A DNA stretch of 64,000 bases from Takakia lepidozioides (lineage: Eukaryota; Plantae; Bryophyta). The position numbers were made by a program, and so were the translations under genes. The stretch lies in the NCBI GenBank assembly GCA_030704615.1, contig CM060731.1:45818001-45882000 (forward strand). The letters run 5' to 3'. Below the pieces are notes generated by a model. The model saw only the letters and a program-made list of their open reading frames with translations, was not told where the DNA came from and made no database searches. Below are positions 33,055-46,124 of this stretch, piece by piece; position 1 is the first letter of the stretch, and each line of letters opens with the position of its first letter.

Positions 33055-35652
33055 ATTGATCTCCTCTAGTTGTGGATGGGATTTATCCTCCACAACAAAT
33101 GAATGTACCCTGTTTTCCACCTGAATCCAGCTGCGCCCTGGCTCCTTCTTGAACCCTCTGTCCCTCATTGCATTTCTCACCTTCATCATAGCATCCCACC
33201 TACCAGCAGCAGCATAGATGTCTGAAAGCAGCACATACACTGCAGCATCTTCTGGATCGAACTTCAGAATGCACTCTGCAGCACGTTCTGCTACCTCCAC
33301 ATTCCGGTGGATTCTGCAGGCACCAAGCAATGCCCCCCACACCAAAGCATCTGGCTCAAATGGCATGCTGTTGATGAAGTCCTCAGCCTCATCCAAGCAC
33401 CCTGCACGGCCAAGAAGGTCAACCATGCAATTATAGTGGATGCCTGTTGGTGTCATACCGTGATCGCCAGTGATAGAGAGAAAATAATGATGGCCTTCGT
33501 CAACTAGGCCTACATGGCTGCATGCAGAAAGAACACCAGTGAATGTCCAATTGTCGGGCTTCACCCCTTCCTGCTGCATCTGTTCAAAGAGTTGCAGGGC
33601 TTCCCTACCGCGCCCATGCTGAGCACATCCTACCAGCATCGCATTCCAAGAGACGACGTCTCGTTCTACAATTCTATCAAACACTTGGCGTGCATCTCCC
33701 ACACTCCCACATTTGGCATACATGTCAACAAGAGCATTACACACTCGGATATCTGATTCTAATCCAGATTTGGTGATGAGTACATGGACACACTTGCCCT
33801 CTTCCAGGGCTGCTAGGCTGGCAGAAACATTTAGGATGCTAATGAAGGTGACCTTGTCTGCCTTCACACCTTCTCTTTGCATTTGCTCAAAGATTTCAAA
33901 TGCCTGTCCAGCATGTCCTTGCTGAGCTAATCCTGCAATCATTGCATTCCATGAGATCACATCTCGCTTAAGCATTCCGTCAAACACTCGGTGTGCAGCC
34001 ACCACACTCCCACACTTTAAATACATGGTGACAATGGCAGTTCCCACTTGGACATCCGACTCCAATCCAGCTTTCAAAATGACAGCATGGAGCCACTTAC
34101 CCTGTTCTAGGTAGACTGAGCTGGTACATGCATTCAGGATGCTCATGAAAGTGGCCTTGTCTGCCTGCATGCCTTCTCGTTGCATTTGCTGAAAGAGTTT
34201 GAATGCGTCTTTAATGTGCCCTTGCTGAAGAAATCCTGTGATCATGGCATTCCACGAGATCACATCTCGCTTAGGCATGTTGTCAAACACTCGGCATGCA
34301 CCCACCACATCCCCGCACTTGCAATACATGGTAACAAGGGCAGTCCCCACATGCACATCTGTCTCCAATCCAGCCTTGATGATTTGCACGTGAAGCACTT
34401 TGCCCTGTTCCAGACTTACTGGACTCGCAAAAGCCTTCAACATGCTCATGTAAGTGACCTTGTCAGCCTCCACCCCAGCTCGTTGCATGTCCTTAAAGAA
34501 TTCTATTGCCTCTTTCACATGCCCTTGCTGGGCAAATCCTGTGATCATGGCATTCCAAGAGATCACCCCTGGCTTAGGCATCTTGTCAAATACGTCAAGT
34601 GCGTCCACCAGACTTCCACACTTGCAATACATGCTAACAAGGGCAGTTCCCACTCCAGCATCTGACTCCAATCCAGCTTGTATAATATCCATATGGAGCC
34701 CCTTGCCCTGCACCACATTTACTGGGCCAGTACATGCGTTTAGGATGCTCATGAAAGTGACCTTGCTCGCCTTCAAGCCTTCTTGCTGCATTTGTCCAAA
34801 GAGTTCAAATGACTCTTCACTATGCCTTTGCTTTGCCAATCCTGCAATCATTGCATTCCATGCAATTACATCTCGTTTAGGCAATTTATCAAACACTCGC
34901 CGTGCATCCACAGCATTCCCACACTTGCAATACATGCAGATGAGGGCAGTCCCCACGTGGACATCTAACTCCAATCCAGCTTTCATGATGCACATATGGA
35001 GCTGCTTGCCCTGCTCCAGGTCTTTTGGACTTGCACATGCATTCAGGATGCTCATGAAAGTGACCTTGTCTGCTTTCACGCCTTCTCGTTGCATTTGTCC
35101 AAAGAGATTGAATGCCTCATAACCATGCCCTTGCTTAGCCAATCCTGCAATCATCGCAGTCCACGATATCACATTCCGTTCAGGCATTTTATCAAACACT
35201 CGGCGAGCGTCCATAACACTTCCGCACTTGCAATACATGCTGATCAGGATGTTTCCTAAGAAGGTGTTGGACTCAAGACCACTTTTGATGATATGGGCAT
35301 GGACACACTTGCCATCTGCAAGGGCCTTAGTCTTGGCATACCCTTGCAAAAAACGCGCATAGATTTGTGAATAAGCCCCATGTCCCCGTTTCTCCATCAC
35401 ATCCAAAAGCTGCACTGCCTCCTTCATTTGTCCCTCCTTGCACATTGAGGTCAAAGAACTACCAGTTCCACAATCAGCCCCCTTGCCCCGTTCCCGTTTT
35501 GATGTTATTTGTAGGCGCTCATCAGAAACGGTGCTGGTGCTGGACGTATGCAGGGTCATACCCTTGCCCCGAATCTGATGCCAAATAGACAACCGGTTCT
35601 GGTACCAGACTTGAAACCCCTCCGCCCTACATAGTGAGCATCCAAACATCAA
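33025..35652 (-). CDS. PLS-class pentatricopeptide repeat protein, E1-E2-E+ type (organellar RNA editing factor), intronless
   Basis: 875-aa ORF with regular P-L-S triplets, P2-L2-S2 (HYNCMVDLLGRAG), E domains (WGALLGACRIH..YVLLSDIYA) and PG box (KKEPGRSWI). Confidence 0.92.
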   Translation of the reverse strand: MMFGCSLCRAEGFQVWYQNRLSIWHQIRGKGMTLHTSSTSTVSDERLQITSKRERGKGADCGTGSSLTSMCKEGQMKEAVQLLDVMEKRGHGAYSQIYARFLQGYAKTKALADGKCVHAHIIKSGLESNTFLGNILISMYCKCGSVMDARRVFDKMPERNVISWTAMIAGLAKQGHGYEAFNLFGQMQREGVKADKVTFMSILNACASPKDLEQGKQLHMCIMKAGLELDVHVGTALICMYCKCGNAVDARRVFDKLPKRDVIAWNAMIAGLAKQRHSEESFELFGQMQQEGLKASKVTFMSILNACTGPVNVVQGKGLHMDIIQAGLESDAGVGTALVSMYCKCGSLVDALDVFDKMPKPGVISWNAMITGFAQQGHVKEAIEFFKDMQRAGVEADKVTYMSMLKAFASPVSLEQGKVLHVQIIKAGLETDVHVGTALVTMYCKCGDVVGACRVFDNMPKRDVISWNAMITGFLQQGHIKDAFKLFQQMQREGMQADKATFMSILNACTSSVYLEQGKWLHAVILKAGLESDVQVGTAIVTMYLKCGSVVAAHRVFDGMLKRDVISWNAMIAGLAQQGHAGQAFEIFEQMQREGVKADKVTFISILNVSASLAALEEGKCVHVLITKSGLESDIRVCNALVDMYAKCGSVGDARQVFDRIVERDVVSWNAMLVGCAQHGRGREALQLFEQMQQEGVKPDNWTFTGVLSACSHVGLVDEGHHYFLSITGDHGMTPTGIHYNCMVDLLGRAGCLDEAEDFINSMPFEPDALVWGALLGACRIHRNVEVAERAAECILKFDPEDAAVYVLLSDIYAAAGRWDAMMKVRNAMRDRGFKKEPGRSWIQVENRVHSFVVEDKSHPQLEEINTDEGGGICT

Positions 35653-36610
35653 TGTCTAATTCTGTAGCCACTACAATGTCACGTCTTCGCAGGGATCAGC
35701 TTCTAAACTCCAAATTCACCGGCTCCTAAATCCTCGATTTGTCATATTCAGGGACGAAACTGTATCATACCGAACTCTCTAAAGTTCTCTTCCAATGCTC
35801 ATGACAACGATACCAGCTGTTCGATCTTCATTAACGAGTTTTAGGTGTGCACGGGTGTATCCTTGTTGACCAGGCAGTCAGAGCGACGGTCGAGAGACGA
35901 TGGACATGTGCAGCCTTGACTTGCCCCACGGAGATGAGAAGTTGAGTTTCTGAGAAGTACCTTGTGAATCATTTTCCCAAACACAACGGCTTTGATCCAC
36001 TTGTCCTCATACTCTGGAAGGCAGGACGGGCAGGCTTGAGCTGTTCTCCTTCGTCTTCTCCATTGCAAGCAGTGGTAGGTGCCCAAATGAAGCGGCAATG
36101 TCTGGGTCTGCCCCCCACTGCCCTTGCCAACCATAAACCCACAAGCTGCCATCACTCTCCCTCACGACGCGCATCCCACCTTCATCAACTTCAACAGCGA
36201 TGAGCCATCGTCCCATCAGGATTATTCTCTGGCACTTTGCTACACAGCTACACAAACAATTGGACGCTTGTTCTTACTTTCAAATCTCAACGACACAAGA
36301 GTGTGGGGGGAAGACGTCATTGATGTGTAGAGTAGACGGTGAAGAGACACTGGAGGAATACAGCATCTCCGCTCTTCTCAAGTTTATTATGAACATTCAC
36401 CAGGTCTGACCTAGAGAAACCGCTGAGTAGATGAATCATCTATTGGGTAATAATGGAATAAACGTTTGGACAAACGATTCGACCGCTCCAAAACCAACGT
36501 ACTCGGTGGATATTCTCTCTTGGACCGAGGGATACGAGAATCGTCTCTCTTGTGGGGAGAGTTGACGCAAGCGAGGAACGCAGCAGCAGAACACACACAC
36601 GGAACAGGCC

Positions 36611-39600
36611 ATGTTCCCAGAATGCAAGCTCTCCAGTTGGTCTCTTCGCCGCTGCTCGCCCCTGTTTCCGGGAGGACCAGTGAGCGCTGTAAGGCGTGCA
36701 TGGTCGCAAAGTCTAGGACTAGGGTTGAGGGAGAAGTATTTTGTTGGTCTCCACAGCACCCCTTTGTCTGCACCAGTGTTCGTTCCTCTTGTAAGCTTGA
36801 ACAAGAAGGCTGCGTCCATGCCGTTGCATTCGGTGCACCGCATGGCTCCAATTGCAGGTGCCGAGAAGACTAATGGGTCGTTCTCAAGTTCCACAAGTGG
36901 AACGGACAGCCGTACTGGTGAGTGTTCTTCTTGGCGTGATGTGGAGATCGAAGTTTCGGCTGAGAATCGTCTAGGGGATCGCAAGTGTTTTTCTCCCCCC
37001 TTAATTCTACGAACCCCTTATGGCATTCCCAGGGTCTGTCCTTGCGCTCTGTTGCTTTCTCAGTGTAAGCAGAGTTGCAAATAGTCCGAGTACTCTACGT
37101 ATAGCCAGTTGGTGTGTTTGCCAGCAAGGCGTCACTTTGAGATCCACACCCGCAGCCTCAATGCTAGGTAGAATTTTGAATGCTTCAAGATGTCAGGGTT
37201 GCATTCAAGTTAAGCGTATCACATGTGGAATTCTTTCCATTCATATTAGCCAGTGCGTGCATTTCGGTACACCAGAAGAGAACTTCACATAGGTGTAGGT
37301 CTGCTGGTATTCTGGTCTGCGAGAAGTGAAGATTTTACAGGTGTCGTACCCCTGCCCAATTGTGTCAGCACCAAACCAAGTTGAGAGTTTAACCTTATGG
37401 AAATTCTTCTTTTCTGTCGCTCAGATTTTTAGATCGGGTTTGATGCCCCGGCTTGTGTGCTCTGGTTGAGGGCTACAGTTCAGGGCCTAGGATCCTAAAG
37501 ACAGTCCTGAAATTGAGTACAGAAGTAAAGCTACTGGGTATGATAAAGCTAACACTGCAGCCGTATTGTGGAGTAGTAACATTTCAATTTTTGTCGTATT
37601 CTGGCTGGGCTGCTGTAATTCAAGAGGTGTGAGGGGGTAATGCATCACATGTCCTTCCCTTTTATTGGGGAAGGACAACGAGGCAGATCTCCAAAAGAGC
37701 TCAAATGACCAGGTAAATCGGCTGTTGCATATCCAGGGTCTGCAGCTGAGAGTGGGGCTTACCAGTTCCCACCACAAGAGATTAAGGAGATTGTGGACGC
37801 CCCACCCACACCAGCTCTCTCCTTCTCACCCAAGCGAGATGAAATTGTATTTCTGCAGAGGCGCTCTCTGCCACCACTGGCTGAGCTGGCAAGGCCTGAG
37901 CTCAAGCTGGGTGGACTACGTATTGACCCTGAGTACAACACCCGTAGCCGGATGTAAGTGTCGTACCCTATCATCACTTGTCATTTCAGTTTTGCCTACA
38001 TTATTTGGTGTTTCCAAGTTCCTAACCATATGCATGTGCTAGATGTAGGGTAATGTCTATTCTATATATGGATGAGAATGTCTCACCATTTGTTTAACCT
38101 CTAGTAGTGTGTTCTTGTGCTGGACTTCACTCTCGATTGGCAAGGGAGGCCTCCCTGAAAAACTCCTTCAGTTTTAGTATTTATTGGCATGGTTCTGTGA
38201 CAGAGTTCAAAACCTGGGAGTGAGAGTAGATAAACCAAGACTTCGTGCTTTTGGCAGCTGATAATTACTCAAGACATGGAACCTCTTCATCTCTCTCTGC
38301 TCTCTCCCTAACTCTGTGTGGGCCTACACATTATCACAGTGCAATGAGTACATCCCTCTCCTAAGTGCTTTGCTTGTCAGAGCTACATCAATTTCCTTAG
38401 GTTGGGGAGCACTATTGGGAGGCTGATCAGGCAGGCGTGTTGCGTGTGTCATAAAGCCCATGTACAGGTCTTTCTACACAGGCATCAGCATCCATAAGCT
38501 ACTGGAGGAAGGCACCCTGGGCCCTGAGCGCCATGTCTCTGGTCTTCCAGAGGGCTCAAAAATCAGTTTTGTGAGCTGGTGAGAGCCGAGGCTGGTGTCC
38601 CATCCCTCTCGATTCTTAACAACATCTTGTTCACATCTGGGCATCATGAATCCAAAGTTTGTGGTTGGAGAATCATATCAATCCTTGATTAATATTTAGC
38701 TGCGTACTAGTTTCAAATTTAACAAGCTTGGTCCATTTCTTATTTGCCTCACTGCCAAATGAAGCGTTTCAGTTAGCTCAGCGGCTTCTGTGTTTGGACT
38801 TCGCAGACATGCTTTCAATGTCTAACCAATTAAGTTGGCATGTCTATATTTGTGTCTAATTTTGTTGACATCTACAGTGCATTTACTTGATGTCACATGC
38901 GTGATGAAGGTCACCAGATGGCCGCCATTTGGCATTCAGCATTCGTGGAGTTGACCAGGTATGGTTGTGTTCTTACGACTAAAGCATGGTTTGGTTGGTA
39001 ATTCTACTTCTATTGGAACGTTTTAAATTAAATTGATTCAATATATGTGCAGCAGTTGATGCGGCACTTCTCTATTTTTGCCTTCCCAGACTTCGCTGGG
39101 TTGAAGTAGCGATTCAGTCAATGGCGGGTACAAAAATAGCCACAGCTGTTAATATATGCTAGGAGCTTTTGGTACCCCTCTGGCACACAGTAGGGCAGAT
39201 TTGGCAAGGGTCAACTAAAATCTGCCATTGCAGGCAGGCACATAAATCCTTAAGGTGTCTTACAGCATGGAAAATTGTGGCCTGAACCTGGGGCCTTGTG
39301 GATTCCTTGCACAGGGAGAGGGCCCCAGTCCCTTTCTGGGTTTGTGGATTGCTGAGGTGGAGACAGGACAAGCAAGGAAGCTCATTGGCCCTCCAACATT
39401 TGGCCTTAACACTGTCTTTGACTCGTAAGTCCTTACTGGCCTTGCCCCTCAGCTGCACATATATATACTGGTTACAATGTCATCACACCCACTGTGGAAG
39501 GAGTCTGAGGTGAATACCAGCACTGTACCTGCTAGAAAAGTTAAGGATATGACATGGTCTTAGGCACTGTATACTTGGCATGACGGGGGTTTTCAGAAAG

Positions 39601-42600
39601 AACCTTGCAAATGGTCACAATGTGCATTGCATGTTCCATAAAGGCAGTTTTCAACGTAGGGATCAACTTGCTTCAAGGTTACATTTCTGTTGCTGCTTTT
39701 ACAGGTATTCATGGGTTGATGACACCACACTGGTGGCGTGTACGATTCCGTTTTCTCGGGGCTCACCTCCAGTAAAGCCCTTGACCCCTTCTGGCCCGAA
39801 GATCCAGTCAAATGAGCAGGCACTAGTCATACAAAACCGTACATACCAAGACCTTTTAAAGGACAGCCATGACGAAGATTTGTTTGACTATTATGCAAGT
39901 ATGCAGCTGGTACTTGTCTCCCTCAATGGGGTAGCACGGCCAATTGGGTCACCAGCTGTTTATACCTCTGTGGAGCCTTCACCTGATGGGAAGTTTCTTC
40001 TCATTTCCTCTGTCCATAAACCCTATTCATTTATTGTACCCTGTGGCCGCTTCCCCAAAAGAGTTGAGGTGTGGCGACGGGATGGCGAATTTGTAAGAGA
40101 GATTTGTGATCTGCCACTTGCGGAGGATATACCAATTGCTTTCAACAGTGCGAGAAAAGGCCGTCGATCAATTAACTGGCGATCCGACAAGCCTGCTTCC
40201 CTTTACTGGTGAGATACATCAGTTCCTGGATCTCTGGCGTGCAGCTCAATTTGTGGGCATGCTGATCTACCCTTCTCTCTCTCTCTCTCTCTCTCCTCCC
40301 ACTCTACGGCAAACAACTTATGAGTACATTCTCTCTCTCCTCCCACCTCTCTCTCACATGTGATTATTTTCACATCTGCACAGATTATGTTTTCTAGTGC
40401 ATGAGTCTGTCATGTCACGTTGGGAGGTGGTCAATGCTCTGACATCTGGGGATGTTTGAAGAATATGCCAGGGTGGAAGCACAGGATGGAGGGGATCCAA
40501 AAGTGGAAGTGTCCCCTCGTGATATCGTGTACACTCAACTTGCTGATTCGGAGACACAGCCCGAAATTGTGTCCCAGACCGACCTACGCTATGGGTATAC
40601 ATAACTTCTGGCGTTGCCTACTTCAGTGATATTGTCAAAGTACTATCCATTTTTGGCCGTGACACATAGTCTTGGTTTCCTATACCACTGGATTTCATCA
40701 ACATTTGGCATGAACAACAAGCTTAAGGTGGCTTGTGTGTCACATCTGTGTTCTTGTACTTGCTTGGAATGACTATCTATGAGTTGAAATTGAAGTTTTC
40801 TGGATGGGAGTGGGAAACAGGGGCATAGTTTGGGGGGATGAGACACTTGCTTTGCTTTATGAATCGTGGTATAAGACGCGCCGCACACGTACTTGGATGC
40901 TCTCCCCTGGAGACTTGGAGAAAGGCCTTCGGATTCTTATTGATCGATCATCTGAAGATGTCTATTCCGACCCTGGCTCTCCCATGCTGCGCCGAACCTC
41001 TTTAGGAACCTATGTATTAGCCCAGTTTAAAAATGACGCGGGAAGGAAGTGCTTGCTGCTGAATGGAAGTGGGGCAACACCTGCGGGCAACATTCCTTTC
41101 CTGGACCTGCATGATTTGTAAGTCTGGTGTCAGAAGTGCTTGTGCAGCATTTCATGGGAAAATGTAGGTGATGTGGGATGCAGCTGTTTCTGTCTACTAC
41201 CTGCACATTCTCATTCTCATATCTTTCTCTCACACTTGATGTTACATGTGCATACGGATTCATTATACCTTCTGCTAAGAAATTTGTGTTGTGGTCTATT
41301 GGCAGAGAGACAGGAGAGAAGGAACGCATATGGCAGAGTGACAAAGATAAATACTATGAGAATGTGGCAGCACTTATGTCTGACCAAGTGGATGCTGACT
41401 TGATGGTTAGCCAACTCCGGATCCTTGTATCAAAGGAGGCACAGACTGAACCCCCACAGTATTATCTGCGATGCTGGCCTGACCAACGGGTAACACAAAT
41501 CACCAATTTCCCCCACCCCTATCCTCAACTAGCAGACCTCAAAAAGGAGATTATCAGGTATGAGCGAAAGGATGGAGTCCAGCTCACGGCAACTCTGTAT
41601 CTGCCACCTGGATATGACCCTACCAAGGATGGGCCTCTGCCTATGCTAATGTGGGCTTACCCACGCGAATTCAAAAGCAAAGACAATGCCAGCCAAATGC
41701 GGGGATCCCCAAATGCATTTGCAGGCATTGGGTCCACTTCACCTGTGTTGTGGTTGGCGAGGGGGTGAGTGACCCAGTCCTAAGTCTTTTTTCCTTTTCT
41801 TTTTTCTAAATGCAAGGAAAGGGGCAAGATGCTAGATTTGACTAAAATAGAAAATCTCTTCAGTAGAGCAGGAAGTTACGTAGGTTTAGGCCAAAGGCTG
41901 AAAACAGAAGCCATCAGGAAACAAGAAGCTGAAGCTTTCAAGATCAAAGAACACGCCCATTAAATGAGCTTCAACCTCCAGAGCCATTAACTTGAACATG
42001 CTGGCGAAGCAAACAACATGAAGACGAAAGCTCTGAAATGAAGCTGCTTGGATCACATGATACAAGCAAACTATCCCAATCCAGCAGCCCACGAGATTGC
42101 ACACTACTTCAAGAGCACTAACTGTGAACATGTCAGTGGATTTATTCGTCAGAGACAGAGGCCCATGTACTTATTGCTATTCCTCTTTTTGTGATAGGTA
42201 CCAAGATGAAGTCAGAGCCTAGGTCTGACAGGATGGGCTTGTCTGCAGTTTTGCTATTCTTGATGGGCCCACAATGCCAATCATTGGAGAAGGGGAGGAG
42301 GAAGCCAATGACCGGTACAATGCTACCTTTCGCATTTGTGTCAGGACTCCCCTTTTATCTTGCAACTAACTATTAGTGAACAGGGTGGATTAAATGGCTT
42401 CCTAGCATGTGCATTTGTTTGAGATGGGGAGGCTTGGTGACCTTCTGTTGCAGGCGTGTTCATGTTCACCATACTTGATTTAGACTGTATAGTTAGTTCT
42501 TTGCACTTTTTTCCTTCTGTGAGGAACTGATATGCTCATTGGTTAAATCTGAGATCGGGTGTTCGGTGCAGGTATGTTGAGCAACTGGTGGCAAGTGCAC

Positions 42601-44104
42601 AAGCTGCATGTGATGAGGTTGTCCGGCGTGGGGTATGTTTGCTCACCTCTTTTGCAACACAATGAGTGATGCTAATTCCATTCAAATTTGAGATATTATG
42701 CTTGGTTTATTATATTGCTGGAAATCTCACATACTTCAATTGAATCAACATGCTTTTTGAAGTATGTGGAGCAAAATTATATTTTCTAGAAACATCACAA
42801 AGCACATGTATTAGCAGGTTTTGGATGAGTATAGCTGTTTGTCAGGAGTGGTCTGTTGAAAATCGGGGATCCCTTAAAATAATGCAGGAGGTGAGAAAGG
42901 CAAGCTCAATGTCAAAAGAAAGAAAGAAATGCAGTTGGTGAAGCATCACTGTAGGTGATTTCTGATCAACAGGTTGTAACTATTGCATAGCCGGCATTGA
43001 CTGCAAAACTTATGATGAATTTAGATTGTGGACAAGAGCTCTCAAACTCTCCTGCTCTCCTCAAAGTCATGGACTCATGCTGGTGTTTCTTTCAGGTGGC
43101 ACATCCTGGCAAGATTGCAGTAGGTGGACACTCGTATGGAGCCTTCATGACTGCCAACTTGTTGGTCCATGGATCAGACTTGTTTTGTTGTGGGATTTGT
43201 CGGTCTGGAGCTTACAACCGGACCCTGACCCCATTTGGTTTCCAGGTGGGCAGTTGGACTATTGTTTCGTTTCTCTTCATCTGTCCCCCTCCCCTACTAA
43301 GGTACATAGCTGTCTTGAGTAAGTCATAAGAACAGACTTCTCTCTGTGCTTATACTAGTTGGTATGTTATCTCCATTCTCCAGGCAGAGGAGAGGACGTT
43401 GTGGGAGGCACCCAAGACTTACATTGATATGAGTCCATTCATGTTGGCGGATCGCATCAAAAAACCAATTCTTTTGATTCATGGTGAAGATGATAACAAT
43501 GCGGGTACTCTTACGATGCAGGTATTCTTGGATTGTCTTGGTTACTTGGCCTGGACATTTCATATTTCACCATTCTCATGGGTTGTTGGCTATAGACATA
43601 AGTTGCATGGTTAACTAAAGGTTGGTACAGGAGGAGCTGGCTGTCTTGAACTGAAATTGCTGAAAGGATGGGGATCTTCCTTTGAAGTGAAAGACTCTTG
43701 ATATTTTGCAAGGACTTGGTACAAAGAGATGGTTGAGTCCACCTGAACTGTTTTCTTTGTTGGGCCTTCAGTCAGATCGTTTTTTCAGCGCCCTGAAGGG
43801 ACATGGATCTCTTTGCCGGTTGGTTCTTCTTCCGGTGGAGAGCCATGGCTACCAAGGAAGAGAGAGCGTGATGCACTGTTTGTGGGAGATGGAGAGGTGG
43901 CTACAGAAGTATTGTGTCGAGGTGGCTGTCAATGAAGTTGCACCACGTACAAGCACCAGTGTACAAAGTGATCAGGCCAAAGGTACAGCTGGCAATGACC
44001 TGGTTGGGGCAGGGACTGAAGGAGGAGTGGCACTTGAGAGTTCTCATCGAGCAAGAACTGGGCCCAAAGGCTTTCTCACAGCGGGACCATTGTCGTCTTT
44101 GTAG
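36611..44104 (+). CDS. CGEP: Chloroplast glutamyl endopeptidase (prolyl oligopeptidase family S9D), ~14 exons
   Basis: Approximate exons: 36611-36917, 37746-37953 (YQFPPQEIKEIVDAPPTP), 38468-38578, 38910-38958, 39315-39424, 39705-40209, 40471-40594, 40820-41117, 41305-41764, 42249-42314, 42572-42632, 43096-43245 (GGHSYG), 43384-43521 (HGEDDNN), 43772-44104 (ESHGY). GT-AG borders; start codon uncertain. Confidence 0.92.
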
Positions 44105-44639
44105 GACAGCTTGATTAACTTTGCTGCTGGAGGTTGACAATAAGGCTGTTCGTGAATCTGATCACGTGGTCGGGGAAGCCATGTAACCCCTTGCATTGAA
44201 GTAGACGTATGATTTGAACACACCCACACTGGTGAGGTGGTATTGATGGTGTCTTGCACTCTCCCTTGCTGCTAACAAGAATTAGTTCACCTGTTTCCAC
44301 AATCCAAGGGAGTCAGCAACAATTTGTACTTTAGAGGTGATCGGAACACTTCATGTATGAGTACATCTGTAATGGTTATGAACAGATTGCAAGATCAGTA
44401 AGTTCATGCGCTGGGCTGCTTCAATTATCTTGGAATGTTGTGAAAATGGTCGTCAGACACTTCTGTAAACTTTTTAAAGAAACTGGTGTAAGGGTGTAAG
44501 GATGTAAAGGTGTAAATTGGTCCTTGGGAGGAGAAACACGACTAAATATTTTTTAGTTAAGGCAAGGCAAAGAAGGCAAGCTATTGCCATCCCCCACCCT
44601 CCTTGATTATAATGGCATTTCCTCCTCTGACCCAGGAAT

Positions 44640-44870
44640 GATCTCAAACATTGCTGCTGATCCGGGAAATATACTCGAGACTTGAATCACCTCGCCTGCT
44701 CTCTCTGCGTGGATGACAAAGTCTCTCTTGCCTCCCCCTTTTCAATGGGAGAACTTGGGCGTGGTGGAAGCTTTACACTTCTCAAACGCCCTGGTCTTGA
44801 TGGTCTTCAGGTGGAATTCTATAAAGCACTTTGGCTGACTGTCAGAGAAGACTCTCTCAATATGGCTATG
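44640..44870 (+). pseudogene. L1-type LINE ORF2 remnant
   Basis: PFSMGEL..KRPGLDGLQVEFYKALW matches the L1 'K.PG.DG...EFY..W' motif. Confidence 0.6.
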
Positions 44871-46124
44871 ATATTCTCAGCAATATCAGGAGTAGAGGAA
44901 GTAGTCATCACCTGCAAGCACCCACACACAGCACTGGTGAACAAAAGCATGCTTGGCTGACATAGCTCACATCATTGTCGGAAGCATGGCGTTGATGCCC
45001 ACACCAATACTGCAGCTCTCTCCCTGGTACATGTGGCCGTGGTTGCATTGTTGGTGACACTGTAGTCCCCCGAGTGCGAAGAAAGGGAGAGAAACAAAAA
45101 GTACTCATTGACCATTCCTACAAATAACGGCTAGTTGAGGTAAAGTCCCCTCAGCATACTAACAGTGTCTTTTCTTATCTAAATTTCATGGTTTGCTTTA
45201 AGGGACCGGGGCAGTGAGTGAACTCTATCGTGTCACACCACCTCGGTGGACCTGTTTCATTCGTTTCTCAATCTGTCATCCAAGAACCCAGTGTTGTGTC
45301 GATGAATGAAATCGACATAGCCTTTAGGCATGATCAATGTAACTTATCAGGTATTGAAGAGCATGGTCCGTAGACAGCAATTGTAAGTATAGTTGGATAA
45401 ATAACTTGATATGACCGTTTATTCATTGTCCATGCTGGATGGCCCTCTGGCCAGAGCGCGCTGTGGAATCCATCAGGGGCTGGGTTCCATCCCGGCGGCG
45501 CCTGTAGCAGCGTCGGAGGTTTGCCACAGCGGCGCTGTTGGGCAATCAAACTAAATGTACAATATAAGAGGCCCCGTGCCCCTCAGGTCCTCCCGGAACG
45601 TGAGACCAAGGCTGGTCGGCTTAGCAGGGCCCTCCAGCTCTGTGCTACTCATGTCATTTTTTATTTTCTGTGCATACTGCGGCCTTCGTCTTGAACGTGT
45701 GGAGTGTGGACTCTGAAATGTCTTCTTTCCATGAAGATATAAACCATCTAAATGCCCCAAGCGCAAGTCATGGTGTGGCCTGGTGAGTCTTTCTTTACTT
45801 TGGCCCTTCCGTGACTTCCCGTGTGATATCACTTTTATCACCCAATCCCCTTAGTGCGAAGCCATGGAGTAGCAGGCGATTTTTCGAATTGGTCATCTGT
45901 AAGAAAGGTCTCTACGGATATGGTCTCCTGGCTTGAATAATGATTCCAGTAGGTATCCCAATATGTTACTTGCAACTCAATGTTGACTTTGTCTGCCATT
46001 AGTTGCAGTTTTTCTTGGTTAACTCTCCCAAACATTTCTGGTCCCTTTTTCACTTGAAGAGGATAAGGACTTACATCCAAGCACGTTTGAAAGGTCACAC
46101 TTACTTTCATGCACATGGCTTGTT

